Assembly: GCA_051870395.1 (NCBI GenBank)
Contig: JBJEBV010000102.1
Coordinates: forward strand, 17,271 to 81,270
Length of the DNA stretch: 64,000 nucleotides
Direction of reading: 5' to 3'
Source of the DNA: Candidatus Cryptobacteroides sp.
GTDB taxonomy: Bacteria > Bacteroidota > Bacteroidia > Bacteroidales > UBA932
Shown: in pieces, positions 1-9,428 of the stretch
Numbering within the stretch: the stretch's first letter is position 1
Layout of the letters: each line of letters opens with the position of its first letter
Program-made: the position numbers and the translations under genes
Notes under the pieces: model-generated
Database searches by the model: none
What the model saw: the letters and a program-made list of their open reading frames with translations, nothing else
What the model was told of the DNA's origin: nothing

Positions 1-1
1 T

Positions 2-379
2 TACCTCAAAGGCCTGGTCCCGGAACCTGTCGCATCGGATTTCTCCGCTGCATACGATACTGATTATCAGACGATTGTCAGAAATGTTTACAAGGGGGAC
101 TCCCCGGCCGGGTATCTAGGTTCGTTCGCTCCGTTTATTGCAGGGTATTACGATACCTGCCCATATGTCCGGACCCTCATCAGGGACAATTTTATGGCAT
201 TGTTCGACAGATGCCTTTCCCGATATGGCGCGGCTGGCAGGAAAATCGGCGTGGTGGGAGGCTTCGGGGCGGCATTGAAAGATGTATTCATTGAAATAGC
301 CGCCTCTAAAGGGGTTAGTGTAGTGGCAGTTGAGGCATCACCGATTGAAGGACTTGTAAGATATCATTTACAGGACTGA
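2..379 (+). CDS. BadF/BadG-family sugar kinase (GlcNAc/MurNAc kinase-like), C-terminal part; truncated by window start
   Basis: Frame of ORF 194..379 is open back to position 2 (YLKGLVPEPV...AGYLGSFAPFI...SPIEGLVRYH), resembling the C-terminus of Bacteroidota BadF-type kinases; stop overlaps the murQ start. Confidence 0.65.
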   Translation, partial: YLKGLVPEPVASDFSAAYDTDYQTIVRNVYKGDSPAGYLGSFAPFIAGYYDTCPYVRTLIRDNFMALFDRCLSRYGAAGRKIGVVGGFGAALKDVFIEIAASKGVSVVAVEASPIEGLVRYHLQD

Positions 380-1200
380 TGAATACTACAGAACAATCAT
401 CCAATTACCAGAATCTCCAGGATATGTCCGTGACGGAGATTCTTACCTGCATAAATCACGAGGACAAACTTGTTCCGTACGCCGTGGCTGAGCATATAGA
501 TGCCATAGGCCTGCTTGTGGAGGGAATCGTAGGGAGAATGCGGCGGGGTGGCCGTGTCTTCTACATAGGTGCAGGTACCAGCGGGCGCCTGGGAGTGCTG
601 GATGCCTCGGAGATTCCGCCGACATACGGTGTGAAGGGCAAGTTCATCGGCCTGATTGCGGGAGGTGACAAGGCGCTCCGCAATGCCGTGGAGGCTGCCG
701 AGGACAATGCCGTACAGGGCTGGAATGATATCCTGGAATACAATCCCGCACCTGATGACGTGGTAGTGGGCGTGGCCGCTTCAGGCCGTACTCCATACGT
801 TGTCGGGGCCGTCAGGAAGGCGAGAGAGGCCGGCCTGCTGACCGGCTGCATTGCCTGCAACAGCGGGACGGAACTTGGTGCCGCAGCTGAAATTCCTATT
901 GAAGTGGTGGTCGGGCCGGAATTTGTCACAGGAAGCACTAGAATGAAGTCCGGTACCGCCCAGAAACTTGTGCTCAATATGATTTCCACAGCCGTGATGA
1001 TAAGGCTGGGACACGTCAGGGGCAACTCAATGGTGGATATGCAGCTCACCAACCACAAGCTTGTCGGCAGGGGAGCGAGAATAATAATGGACGAAGCGGG
1101 AATAAAGGATTACGACCTCGCCGAGACACTCCTGCTCAGGTACGGTTCAGTGAGAAAGGCGGTATCGGCTTATTTGAACGGAGGTAAGGATGAAGACTGA
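379..1200 (+). CDS. murQ: N-acetylmuramic acid 6-phosphate etherase
   Basis: GAGTSGRLGVLDASEIPPTYG and GPEFVTGSTRMKSGTAQKLVLNM motifs. Confidence 0.97.
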   Translation: MNTTEQSSNYQNLQDMSVTEILTCINHEDKLVPYAVAEHIDAIGLLVEGIVGRMRRGGRVFYIGAGTSGRLGVLDASEIPPTYGVKGKFIGLIAGGDKALRNAVEAAEDNAVQGWNDILEYNPAPDDVVVGVAASGRTPYVVGAVRKAREAGLLTGCIACNSGTELGAAAEIPIEVVVGPEFVTGSTRMKSGTAQKLVLNMISTAVMIRLGHVRGNSMVDMQLTNHKLVGRGARIIMDEAGIKDYDLAETLLLRYGSVRKAVSAYLNGGKDED

Positions 1201-1828
1201 TAAATACCCTTCAGAACTGCTTGAGAATGCAGTAGATGCCATCAGTACACTGCCGGGGGTCGGGGAAAAGAGTGCCCTCAGGCTTGCCCTCCATCTGCTC
1301 CGCCAGCCTGTGGAGAATGTGAGGCATTTCACCGATTCCATCAGAAGACTGCGTGAGGAAGTGGTATATTGCCATACCTGCATGATGATTTCGGATGAGG
1401 GCGAATGTGCCATCTGCCGGGATATGAGCCGTGACCACAATACCGTCTGCGTTGTCGAAAATGTCCGGGATGTGATGAGCATCGAGTCCACGGGCCAGTA
1501 CCATGGAGTCTATCATGTACTTGGCGGAAAGATTTCCCCGATTGACGGAATAGGCCCTTCAGACATCAATGTGAGCCAGCTCCGTTCACGCATTGAGGCC
1601 CTTTCGTCCGCCGCGGCTTCGCCTGGCCAGGTGGAGGTAATCTTCGCCCTGAGCGGGGATGTGGAGGGAGAGACTACTGCATTCTACATTTACAGGCAGA
1701 TTGCCCCGTTCGGAGTCAGGATTTCATCCCTTGCCAGGGGACTCGGTTTCGGCGACGATTTGGAATACGCCGACCAGCTGACACTTGGCCGCTCTATAGT
1801 GAACAGACAGGCTTTTAAACCCAGATAA
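1190..1828 (+). CDS. recR: Recombination mediator RecR
   Basis: LPGVGEKSA HhH, CxxC...CxxC zinc finger, YHVLGGKISPIDGIGP Toprim region. Confidence 0.97.
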   Translation: MKTDKYPSELLENAVDAISTLPGVGEKSALRLALHLLRQPVENVRHFTDSIRRLREEVVYCHTCMMISDEGECAICRDMSRDHNTVCVVENVRDVMSIESTGQYHGVYHVLGGKISPIDGIGPSDINVSQLRSRIEALSSAAASPGQVEVIFALSGDVEGETTAFYIYRQIAPFGVRISSLARGLGFGDDLEYADQLTLGRSIVNRQAFKPR

Positions 1829-1831
1829 TCA

Positions 1832-2380
1832 ATGTTCAAGGATATCCTGCTTTCCGCCTCCCTCTGCGCTGACTGTTTCGCAGTTGCCCTCTGCGCAAGT
1901 ATTTCAATGAAAAATGTACGCTGGATGGAAGTCTTGCGTATCGCATTGATTTTCGCTGTCATCCAGACATTGTTCCTGGTCGTCGGCTGGGCTTTCGGAG
2001 ATTTTATTTCCAGGTACATCATCAAAATCGTCAAATATGTAGGAATGCTCCTGCTGTTCTTTGTGGGCGGCTCAATGATCCGCGAGGCCTTCTCGGATGA
2101 AGATCCCCACAGCCTGACTGGATTCAGGAACATTGTGCTAGCCGGCATTGCCGACAGCATTGACGCCCTCGCAGTGGGAATCTCGATGTCGATGGCCGGA
2201 CGCATTCTCCCGGATATGTGGGTTCCGACCATGGCTGTATTCATTTTTACTGCATTGTCCGTAATCGTTGGAATCAAAGGCGGTTCCTTCATCGGGGCCA
2301 AGGCCGGGCGTCCTGCTGCGATAACCGGTGGCATTGTCCTCATCATCCTGGGAATCAACATCCCTCTCGGTCTCTTTTGA
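1832..2380 (+). CDS. mntP: Manganese efflux pump MntP family membrane protein
   Basis: Duplicated DCFAVA / SIDALAVG motifs and hydrophobic helices. Confidence 0.85.
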   Translation: MFKDILLSASLCADCFAVALCASISMKNVRWMEVLRIALIFAVIQTLFLVVGWAFGDFISRYIIKIVKYVGMLLLFFVGGSMIREAFSDEDPHSLTGFRNIVLAGIADSIDALAVGISMSMAGRILPDMWVPTMAVFIFTALSVIVGIKGGSFIGAKAGRPAAITGGIVLIILGINIPLGLF

Positions 2381-2459
2381 AGAATTCCGCACCCTTTTTG
2401 CAACATTTCCGGTTCCGGTTGCATCTATTTATCCGGAAAAAGTAAATATGAAAAGGAAT

Positions 2460-3926
2460 ATGAAAAAGAACATCGTCTTTGCCCTTTCTTTGTTGGCGAT
2501 TGCGGCATCCTGTTCTGTGGCTGAGAGTTACGATATGAACTTCGCCGGGGAATACTGTCCTTCAGAGGAAGAAGGCGCCTATGAACCGGCAGGCGGGGAC
2601 CGCTTCGATGAAATCAGGGAGAACCCTTTCGTGAAGACCTCGGAAAATGACAAATCCACGTTCTCGGTGGATGCCGACGGGGCTGCCTACGGCTATATGA
2701 GGAAGATGGTAAGCAGTGGCAGGCTGCCGCAGCAGAATTCTGTCCGCATTGAGGAATATCTCAATTATTTTACATTCGACTATCCTGAGCCTCAGGACGA
2801 TGCGGCCGTGGCCATCAATGGGGAAGTGGGAGAATGCCCGTGGAACAAGTCCCACAAACTTATGCGTCTCGGCATCAAGGGCCGCTCAATGGCGGTTTCC
2901 GAACTTCCGAAGGCCAATTATGTATTCCTCATTGACGTTTCCGGCTCAATGAACAGTTCGGACAAGCTCGACATTCTCAAGTCAGGTCTTACAATGCTGG
3001 TGGACAATCTCAATCCACAGGACAGGATTTCCATAGTGACATATTCCGGCACGGTCAAGCTTCTCCTCGAATCCACTCTCGTATCCCAGTCAAACACTAT
3101 CAAGAAGGCGATTTCATCCCTTGTTGCATCCGGCAGCACAGCCGGCGGGGCCGCCATGAAGATGGCCTACGAGGAATGCCTGAAGAACTATATCGAGGGC
3201 GGAAACAACAGGGTGATTATGGGGACCGATGGTGATTTCAATGTCGGGGTGACCTCCACTGACGCTATCCTGGAAATGGCCCAGGACTATGCAGCAAAGG
3301 GTATTTACCTGACGGTCTGCGGCTTCGGTACCGGCAATCTCAATGATTCAATGATGGAGAAAGTCTCCAATGCCGGCAACGGAACCTACCAGTATATCGA
3401 CTCCGAGGACGAGATGACCAAGGTTTTCGTAAACGAGGTTTCCAAATTCTTCAGCGTGGCCAATGACGCCAAGGTACAGATTACTTTTGACAAGGACAAG
3501 GTAGACAGTTACAGGCTGATAGGCTATGAGAACAGGCTTCTCTCCAATGAAGATTTCGAGAATGATGCCAAGGACGCCGGTGAAATAGGGGCGGGCCAGA
3601 CAGTTACCGCATTGTATGAAATAATTCCTGCGGAGGGCTATGGTGAAGGTTCTGATATTGCCGTGTTCGATTTCCGTTACAAGGATAAACTTGGGGAGGA
3701 CAGCATTCCTTTGACTTGCAATGTAGGCGAGGCCTCCGCCACTTCCCCGGAGTTCCGCTTCGCTGCCGGTGTCGCCGCCTACGGACTGACCCTCCTGGAT
3801 TCCCAGTACAGGGGTGATGCTGATTTCGCAATGGCTTACAACCTTGCCGGCCAGTCGGAATATGACCCTCACGGCTATCGGGCGGCATTCTGCCAGCTGG
3901 TGCTCAAGGCATCGGAGATAAAGTAG
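2460..3926 (+). CDS. YfbK-like von Willebrand factor A domain lipoprotein (vWF_A/VWA/DUF3520-like)
   Basis: Lipobox LLAIAASC; STFSVDADGAAY, VRIEEYLNYF, MIDAS DVSGSM, YRLIGYENR; start reassigned to ATG 2460 (2448 possible). Confidence 0.85.
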   Translation: MKKNIVFALSLLAIAASCSVAESYDMNFAGEYCPSEEEGAYEPAGGDRFDEIRENPFVKTSENDKSTFSVDADGAAYGYMRKMVSSGRLPQQNSVRIEEYLNYFTFDYPEPQDDAAVAINGEVGECPWNKSHKLMRLGIKGRSMAVSELPKANYVFLIDVSGSMNSSDKLDILKSGLTMLVDNLNPQDRISIVTYSGTVKLLLESTLVSQSNTIKKAISSLVASGSTAGGAAMKMAYEECLKNYIEGGNNRVIMGTDGDFNVGVTSTDAILEMAQDYAAKGIYLTVCGFGTGNLNDSMMEKVSNAGNGTYQYIDSEDEMTKVFVNEVSKFFSVANDAKVQITFDKDKVDSYRLIGYENRLLSNEDFENDAKDAGEIGAGQTVTALYEIIPAEGYGEGSDIAVFDFRYKDKLGEDSIPLTCNVGEASATSPEFRFAAGVAAYGLTLLDSQYRGDADFAMAYNLAGQSEYDPHGYRAAFCQLVLKASEIK

Positions 3927-3970
3927 CGTAAAAAATCTTCCCGGATTGTATATTTTCCGAATTATTTTTC

Positions 3971-3978
3971 TATATTTG
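3971..3978 (+). promoter_or_regulatory. Bacteroidota sigmaA -7 box for the phe/tyr leader and operon
   Basis: TATATTTG matches TAnnTTTG, 8 nt upstream of the leader ATG; -33 box is weak. Confidence 0.7.
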
Positions 3979-3986
3979 CCCCTGTT

Positions 3987-4049
3987 ATGAGAAACAGTAC
4001 ACGATTTTTTGACTACGGGATTTACTTTTACTTTTATCAGGCAAGATAA
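3987..4049 (+). CDS. Phe/Tyr-rich attenuator leader peptide MRNSTRFFDYGIYFYFYQAR
   Basis: Hand translation gives 20 codons, with 4 Phe and 4 Tyr in residues 7-17; lies directly upstream of a terminator and pheA. Confidence 0.85.
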   Translation: MRNSTRFFDYGIYFYFYQAR

Positions 4050-4090
4050 AGGTCCGGGTCACGTGTAGGTTCATAATTGGGAAATATATG

Positions 4091-4127
4091 AAGAGGGCTG
4101 CCCGGATATCGGACGGCCTTCTTTTTT
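4091..4127 (+). terminator. Attenuator terminator hairpin upstream of pheA
   Basis: AAGAGGGCTGCCCG-gatat-CGGACGGCCTTCTT followed by a T run. Confidence 0.85.
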
Positions 4128-4166
4128 GGGTTTCCCGCAAAGATTGAAAACGAAACTTACAGATTT

Positions 4167-5012
4167 ATGTCGAAGAGAGTTGCAATACAGGGATTTCACG
4201 GCAGTTTCCACGAACAGGCCGCCTGTATTTTCTATGAAAGGTTGGGCGAACCTGAACAACCTGAGATAATCGAGTGCGCTACATTCGAGGGAATGTTCAA
4301 GGCACTTGCCGCAGGTGAGACTGATGCTCTTATCATTGCGGTGGAGAACACGACTTCCGGAGGACTCCTTCCTAATTTTGACCTCCTTAGACGCTACAAT
4401 GCCAAGGTCAAGGGCGAGATTTACCTTCATATTCATCAGAACCTGATGGCATTGCCCGGACAGAAACTTGAGGATATCAAGGAGGTCAGGACCCACTACA
4501 TGGCCATCAACCAGACCCGCCAATATTTCGAGTCAGTTTGCCCCTGGATACAGATGGTCGAGTCCGAGGATACTGCCAAGAGTGCTGCGGACGTGGCTGA
4601 AGGCCATCTTATGGGAGTGGGAGCAGTGGCATCATCATTGGCAGCAGAGCGCTTCGGCCTGGATATACTTGCCAAGGACATTGAGACCTACAAGCAGAAC
4701 TTCACTCGCTTCCTCATTGTCGATGATGCCATCAGCGTGCCTGAGGACAAGATAAACAAGTCCTCCATCTGCTTCACCCTCCCGCATACCCCGGGCTCGC
4801 TGGCCCACATCCTGACCATTCTCTCATTCTACGATATGAATCTTTCCAGAATCCAGTCCCTGCCGATTCCCGGGGAGAAGTGGCAGTACTTCTTCTACGT
4901 GGACATTACATTCGGCAGCTATGAGCGTTATACACAGGCACTCTCTGCCGTGAGACCGCTCGTGGACGGACTTGACATTATGGGTGAATATATACAGGAG
5001 GTGACATTATGA
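4167..5012 (+). CDS. pheA: Prephenate dehydratase with ACT domain
   Basis: IQGFHGSFH, VENTTSG, NFTRF and NLSRIQSLP motifs. Confidence 0.95.
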   Translation: MSKRVAIQGFHGSFHEQAACIFYERLGEPEQPEIIECATFEGMFKALAAGETDALIIAVENTTSGGLLPNFDLLRRYNAKVKGEIYLHIHQNLMALPGQKLEDIKEVRTHYMAINQTRQYFESVCPWIQMVESEDTAKSAADVAEGHLMGVGAVASSLAAERFGLDILAKDIETYKQNFTRFLIVDDAISVPEDKINKSSICFTLPHTPGSLAHILTILSFYDMNLSRIQSLPIPGEKWQYFFYVDITFGSYERYTQALSAVRPLVDGLDIMGEYIQEVTL

Positions 5013-6223
5013 TAATCAGACCTGCGGAAAGGACAGCTTCGGTCAAGGAGTATTATTTCTCAAGGAAGCTGAAGGAAATTGACAGGATGAATGCCGACAG
5101 GGAGGCGTCAGGACTGCCGAAAGTGATTAATCTGGGAATCGGTGCACCGGACGGTATGCCGCCTGCCGGGGCTATATCAGAACTGCAGTCTCTTGCCGGA
5201 GAACCGGGCAACCACGCCTATCAGAGCTATGTCGGGACACCTGCATTGCGCAAGGCCTTTTCCGACTGGTATTCAAGATATTACGGTGTGTCATTGTCTC
5301 CGGATGGAGAGATCCAGCCGCTTTTCGGCTCCAAGGAAGGCATTCTCCTGATTAGTCTTGCCTTCATCAATGAGGGTGACAAAGTCCTTGTCCCTGACCC
5401 TGGTTATCCGACCTATACCTCGGCGTCCAGGCTCGTGGGTGCGGAGATTCTGACCTACGACCTGAAGGAGGACAATGGCTGGCATCCGGACTTCGACGCT
5501 CTCGGGAAAATGGACCTCGAAGGGGTCAAGATAATGTGGACCAACTATCCGAATATGCCGACCGGAGGAAGCGCGACGCCTGAGCTCTACCAGAGGCTCG
5601 TGGATTTCGGATTGAAGCATAACATATTGATTGTCAATGATAATCCATACAGTTTCATTCTCAATGACAAGCCGCTTTCTATCCTGGCTGCGAAGGGTGC
5701 GATGGAATGCTGCCTGGAGCTGAATTCCCTCAGCAAGGCCCATAATATGTCCGGATGGAGAATCGGAATGGTGGGCGGTTCGAAGGAAATCATCGCTGAG
5801 GTCCTCAAGGTAAAGAGCCAGATGGATTCGGGAATGTTCAAGCCGATGCAGATGGCTGCCGTGAAGGCGTTGGAGCAGGGCCCGGAGTGGTTCAGTGAAC
5901 TCAATGCGGAATATCGCATCCGCAGGGAGGCCGCAGGACGGATTTTCGACATTCTCGGTGCCCGTTACGACCACGCTTCTGCAGGACTTTTCCTCTGGGG
6001 AAAGGTGGACAGGGACAATGTCCTTCTCAAGGGACGTGACTGCCCTGATGAGGATACAAGCCTTGGTGAGAGGGTTTCGGATGCAATACTTTCCGAGGCA
6101 GGTGTCTTCATTACCCCGGGATTCATCTTCGGGAAAAACGGAAGGGATTATATCAGGATATCACTCTGCGCAAAGCCTGGGGTGCTGGCCGACGCAGAGG
6201 CGAAAATCAGGAGAATATTATGA
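5009..6223 (+). CDS. PLP-dependent class I/II aminotransferase in the aromatic operon
   Basis: NLGIGAPD, PDPGYPTY, NYPNMPTG, SLSKAHNMSGWRIG. Confidence 0.9.
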   Translation: MIIRPAERTASVKEYYFSRKLKEIDRMNADREASGLPKVINLGIGAPDGMPPAGAISELQSLAGEPGNHAYQSYVGTPALRKAFSDWYSRYYGVSLSPDGEIQPLFGSKEGILLISLAFINEGDKVLVPDPGYPTYTSASRLVGAEILTYDLKEDNGWHPDFDALGKMDLEGVKIMWTNYPNMPTGGSATPELYQRLVDFGLKHNILIVNDNPYSFILNDKPLSILAAKGAMECCLELNSLSKAHNMSGWRIGMVGGSKEIIAEVLKVKSQMDSGMFKPMQMAAVKALEQGPEWFSELNAEYRIRREAAGRIFDILGARYDHASAGLFLWGKVDRDNVLLKGRDCPDEDTSLGERVSDAILSEAGVFITPGFIFGKNGRDYIRISLCAKPGVLADAEAKIRRIL

Positions 6224-7068
6224 TTGTGTCAGTTATAGGTCTCGGACTCATCGGCGGATCGATGGCCATTGACCTGAAGAAAAGGGGATTCGCAGACAGG
6301 GTGCTCGGAGTGGAGAATGACCCTGTCAATGCCGCAGCGGCGGAGAAGATTGGTCTCGTGGATGAGGTGGTCAGCTTCGATGACGCCGTTTCGCGCGGGG
6401 ACATTGTCATTATCGCCGTGCCTGTCGGTACTGCGGTGAGAATGCTTCCGCAGGTCCTAGACCGGTTCGCCGGGACGAAGGACAAGATTGTCATTGATAC
6501 CTGCTCGACCAAGGGACAGATTGTCAGATGCGTGCATTATCATCCCATGAGGAACCGCTACGTTGCCACCCATCCTATGGCTGGAACGGAGTATTCGGGT
6601 CCTTGGGCTGCGATGCCGAACCTCTTTGACGGCCGTGCCTGCATCTTCGCCAACAGCGAGGAATCCGATCCGAAGGCGGTCAAGACCATAGAGAGGCTAT
6701 ATGATGTGCTGAATATGAGGCCGATTTATATGAATGCGGACAATCACGATGTCCACACTGCCTACGTGTCGCACATCTCCCACGTGACTTCATTTGCCCT
6801 GGCCCTGACTGTCCTTGACAAGGAAAAGGACGAGAAGCATATCTTCGACCTTGCTTCCGGAGGTTTCTCCTCCACTGTCAGGCTGGCTAAGAGCAATGCC
6901 GATATGTGGGTCCCGATTCTGTCCCAGAACAGGGACAATGTGCTCCAGGTCATTGACACCTACATTGACAAGATGAAGGAGTTCCGGGAGGCAATTTCGG
7001 ATTACGACGAGGATAAAATCCGCAGTCTCATTGGCGAGGCGAACCGAATAAAGAAAATTTTAAGATAA
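6220..7068 (+). CDS. tyrA: Prephenate dehydrogenase
   Basis: GLGLIGGS Rossmann motif, HPMAGTE, HD..AYVSHISH. Confidence 0.95.
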   Translation: MIVSVIGLGLIGGSMAIDLKKRGFADRVLGVENDPVNAAAAEKIGLVDEVVSFDDAVSRGDIVIIAVPVGTAVRMLPQVLDRFAGTKDKIVIDTCSTKGQIVRCVHYHPMRNRYVATHPMAGTEYSGPWAAMPNLFDGRACIFANSEESDPKAVKTIERLYDVLNMRPIYMNADNHDVHTAYVSHISHVTSFALALTVLDKEKDEKHIFDLASGGFSSTVRLAKSNADMWVPILSQNRDNVLQVIDTYIDKMKEFREAISDYDEDKIRSLIGEANRIKKILR

Positions 7069-7074
7069 TTCGAT

Positions 7075-8169
7075 ATGGAAAGCAAACTCGATCTCATCCC
7101 CGTTTCCGAATGGGGCATTTTCCCTGAGGGAAAGAAACCTATGATGATAGCCGGCCCGTGCAGCGCCGAGTCCGAGGTTCAGGTAATGCAGACTGCGCGT
7201 GGTCTCAAGTCTCTGGGAATCAATGTTTTCAGGGCAGGCATCTGGAAACCGCGCACTCACCCGAACAATTTCGAGGGGATTGGAACTCCGGGTCTCAAAT
7301 GGCTCCAGAGAGTCAAGAATGAACTGGGAATGAAGGTGGCCACCGAGGTGGCCAGCGAGAAGCATATCTTCGACTGCCTCAAGTTCGGCGTGGATATGGT
7401 TTGGATAGGAGCCCGCACCACGGCCAATCCTTTCCTAGTGCAGGAAATCGCTGATGCATTGAAAGATACTGATGTTCCGGTGCTTGTGAAGAATCCGGTG
7501 AACCCTGACCTCGACCTTTGGATTGGTGCACTTGAGAGGCTCAACCAGGCTGGAATCAAGAAACTGGGAGTCATTCACAGGGGCTTCTCGACATCTGACA
7601 AGATGGCTTACCGCAACTCTCCGGGCTGGCAGATTGCAGTGGAGTTGAGGACTCGCTTCCCGAAGCTTCCTTTCTTTGCCGACCCGAGCCACATGGGAGG
7701 TAGCCGCAAATATCTCCAGGAGATTTCCCAACGGGCTCTTGACCTGGGCCTTGACGGACTGATGCTGGAGTCACATTGCGACCCGACCTGCGCCCTGAGC
7801 GACGCCAAGCAGCAGCTGACCCCGGAGGACCTTGGTGAACTGATGTCCCATCTGGTTGTCCGCCAGAGCGATTCGGACAGTCCTGAGTACAAGGAGAACA
7901 TTGACCAGCTCCGTGCCCAGATTGACATCATTGACGAGAATCTTCTTTACATTCTCAATACCCGAATGAATGTGAGCCGCAGCATAGGTAAGTACAAGAA
8001 GGAACACAACATTGCAATCCTCCAGACTTCCCGCTGGGATGAGGTGCTTACGGGAATGCAGGAGAAGGCCAAGGCCTACGGCCTGTCCCCGGACTTCATC
8101 GCCAAACTCTTCACCGCAATACACGACGAGTCGGTGCAGGAGCAGAATCGGATACTTTCGGAAGAATAA
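7075..8169 (+). CDS. Bifunctional DAHP synthase / C-terminal chorismate mutase
   Basis: IAGPCSAES, WKPRT, IGARTT, DPSH; C-terminal LRAQIDIIDE chorismate mutase type II region. Confidence 0.93.
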   Translation: MESKLDLIPVSEWGIFPEGKKPMMIAGPCSAESEVQVMQTARGLKSLGINVFRAGIWKPRTHPNNFEGIGTPGLKWLQRVKNELGMKVATEVASEKHIFDCLKFGVDMVWIGARTTANPFLVQEIADALKDTDVPVLVKNPVNPDLDLWIGALERLNQAGIKKLGVIHRGFSTSDKMAYRNSPGWQIAVELRTRFPKLPFFADPSHMGGSRKYLQEISQRALDLGLDGLMLESHCDPTCALSDAKQQLTPEDLGELMSHLVVRQSDSDSPEYKENIDQLRAQIDIIDENLLYILNTRMNVSRSIGKYKKEHNIAILQTSRWDEVLTGMQEKAKAYGLSPDFIAKLFTAIHDESVQEQNRILSEE

Positions 8170-8177
8170 TGATTATT

Positions 8178-8210
8178 GGGGCTGACCGTAGGGGCCAGCC
8201 TCTTTTGTTT
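8178..8210 (+). terminator. Intrinsic terminator after the aromatic operon
   Basis: GGGGCTG...CAGCCTC stem followed by TTTTGTTT, between convergent genes. Confidence 0.6.
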
Positions 8211-9354
8211 ATTCCCCATTGAAAGTCCTCAGCGCTCCGAGAAGTGTCTCATTGAAGACATCCTTCTCGTGTTCGGAAAGAAAATCCACCCGGATTGGAA
8301 TCTGGAACATTTTCTTTTTCAGGGCATCGTCAATCTTGCGGCAGCCGCGGAGACGTTGGCTGTCCTTTTCGGTCGTACCTATTACTGCTGTTGACCATCT
8401 GTGGGTCGCCTGGCGTATCCGGTTGATGTCCAGAGATGTGAAATTGTGGTGGTCGGAGAACTTGAAATGCTTGACTATGCTGTAGGAGTCGCTCAGGTAT
8501 CTTTTCAGCGGTGTGTCCGATGCGATTCCGGAGACCAGGATAAGATTCTTCGAATAGAGGTAATGCTTGTCGTTCACCGGGAATACAGGCTCCAGGGGAC
8601 AGTAGTCAATGGTGGTGAACAGAACTGTCATCTTCTTGCCCAGAGGGTCAAGACCTTGGCAGGACTCCGGGTCGAAATCCTGGATACCCAATGACTTGGC
8701 CCAGGTAATCTTCTCCCAGTTCTCCATGAAGACAGGACATTTCGTGACAATGATTACATTGGCGTGATACAGTCTCTCCGGAAGATCCCGGAGCCTTCCG
8801 AAGGGGAGGAGATGGTCCCTGCTTACAGGCCTGTTGTAATCCACCAGGACAATGTTGAAGAATGCCTTCAGTGAGCGGTATTGGAAGGCATCGTCGAGCA
8901 CCACTATGTCCGCCTTCTTCAAATCCTTGTGGGCACATTTCCTTGCCGCCTTGACTGTATTGAGCTTCTCCGGATGGAGGAGAAAATCGCATCCCTCCAC
9001 TCTTGTACGGTCAACAGCCACCGTCACCTCCGGGAACTTGTTCTTGATTTGAAGCGGTTCGTCCCCGGCGAAGGTGGCACTGTCTTCCGCAAGTACCTGC
9101 TGGAATCCGCTGCTAGTCCTCTTGTGTCCCCTTGAAAGAATCGCAATATGCTTCCCGCTCCATTCTTCGCTTGCAAGCAAAGTCCTGATAATCATTTCAG
9201 TATGCGGAGTCTTTCCCGTACCGCCAGCAGTAATGTTGCCGACACAGATGGTAGGGACTTCGCATTTCTGGACCTTGAAAATGCCACGATTGTAGAGAGC
9301 GTGCCTTAGTTTCAATGTCCAATAATATGGTGCAAGAAGTACTTTGTCAAGCAT
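8209..9354 (-). CDS. lpxK: Tetraacyldisaccharide 4'-kinase
   Basis: VGNITAGGTGKTP, GDEP, LDDAFQ, LLPFGRLR, FSDHH, TTEKD; start reassigned to ATG 9354. Confidence 0.95.
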   Translation of the reverse strand: MLDKVLLAPYYWTLKLRHALYNRGIFKVQKCEVPTICVGNITAGGTGKTPHTEMIIRTLLASEEWSGKHIAILSRGHKRTSSGFQQVLAEDSATFAGDEPLQIKNKFPEVTVAVDRTRVEGCDFLLHPEKLNTVKAARKCAHKDLKKADIVVLDDAFQYRSLKAFFNIVLVDYNRPVSRDHLLPFGRLRDLPERLYHANVIIVTKCPVFMENWEKITWAKSLGIQDFDPESCQGLDPLGKKMTVLFTTIDYCPLEPVFPVNDKHYLYSKNLILVSGIASDTPLKRYLSDSYSIVKHFKFSDHHNFTSLDINRIRQATHRWSTAVIGTTEKDSQRLRGCRKIDDALKKKMFQIPIRVDFLSEHEKDVFNETLLGALRTFNGE

Positions 9355-9428
9355 AGTTCGCAAAGATAGCAATTTTTCTCATAAATGAGAATAAACGTCG
9401 TTTATTTGTTTCCGGCTAATACATTCTG

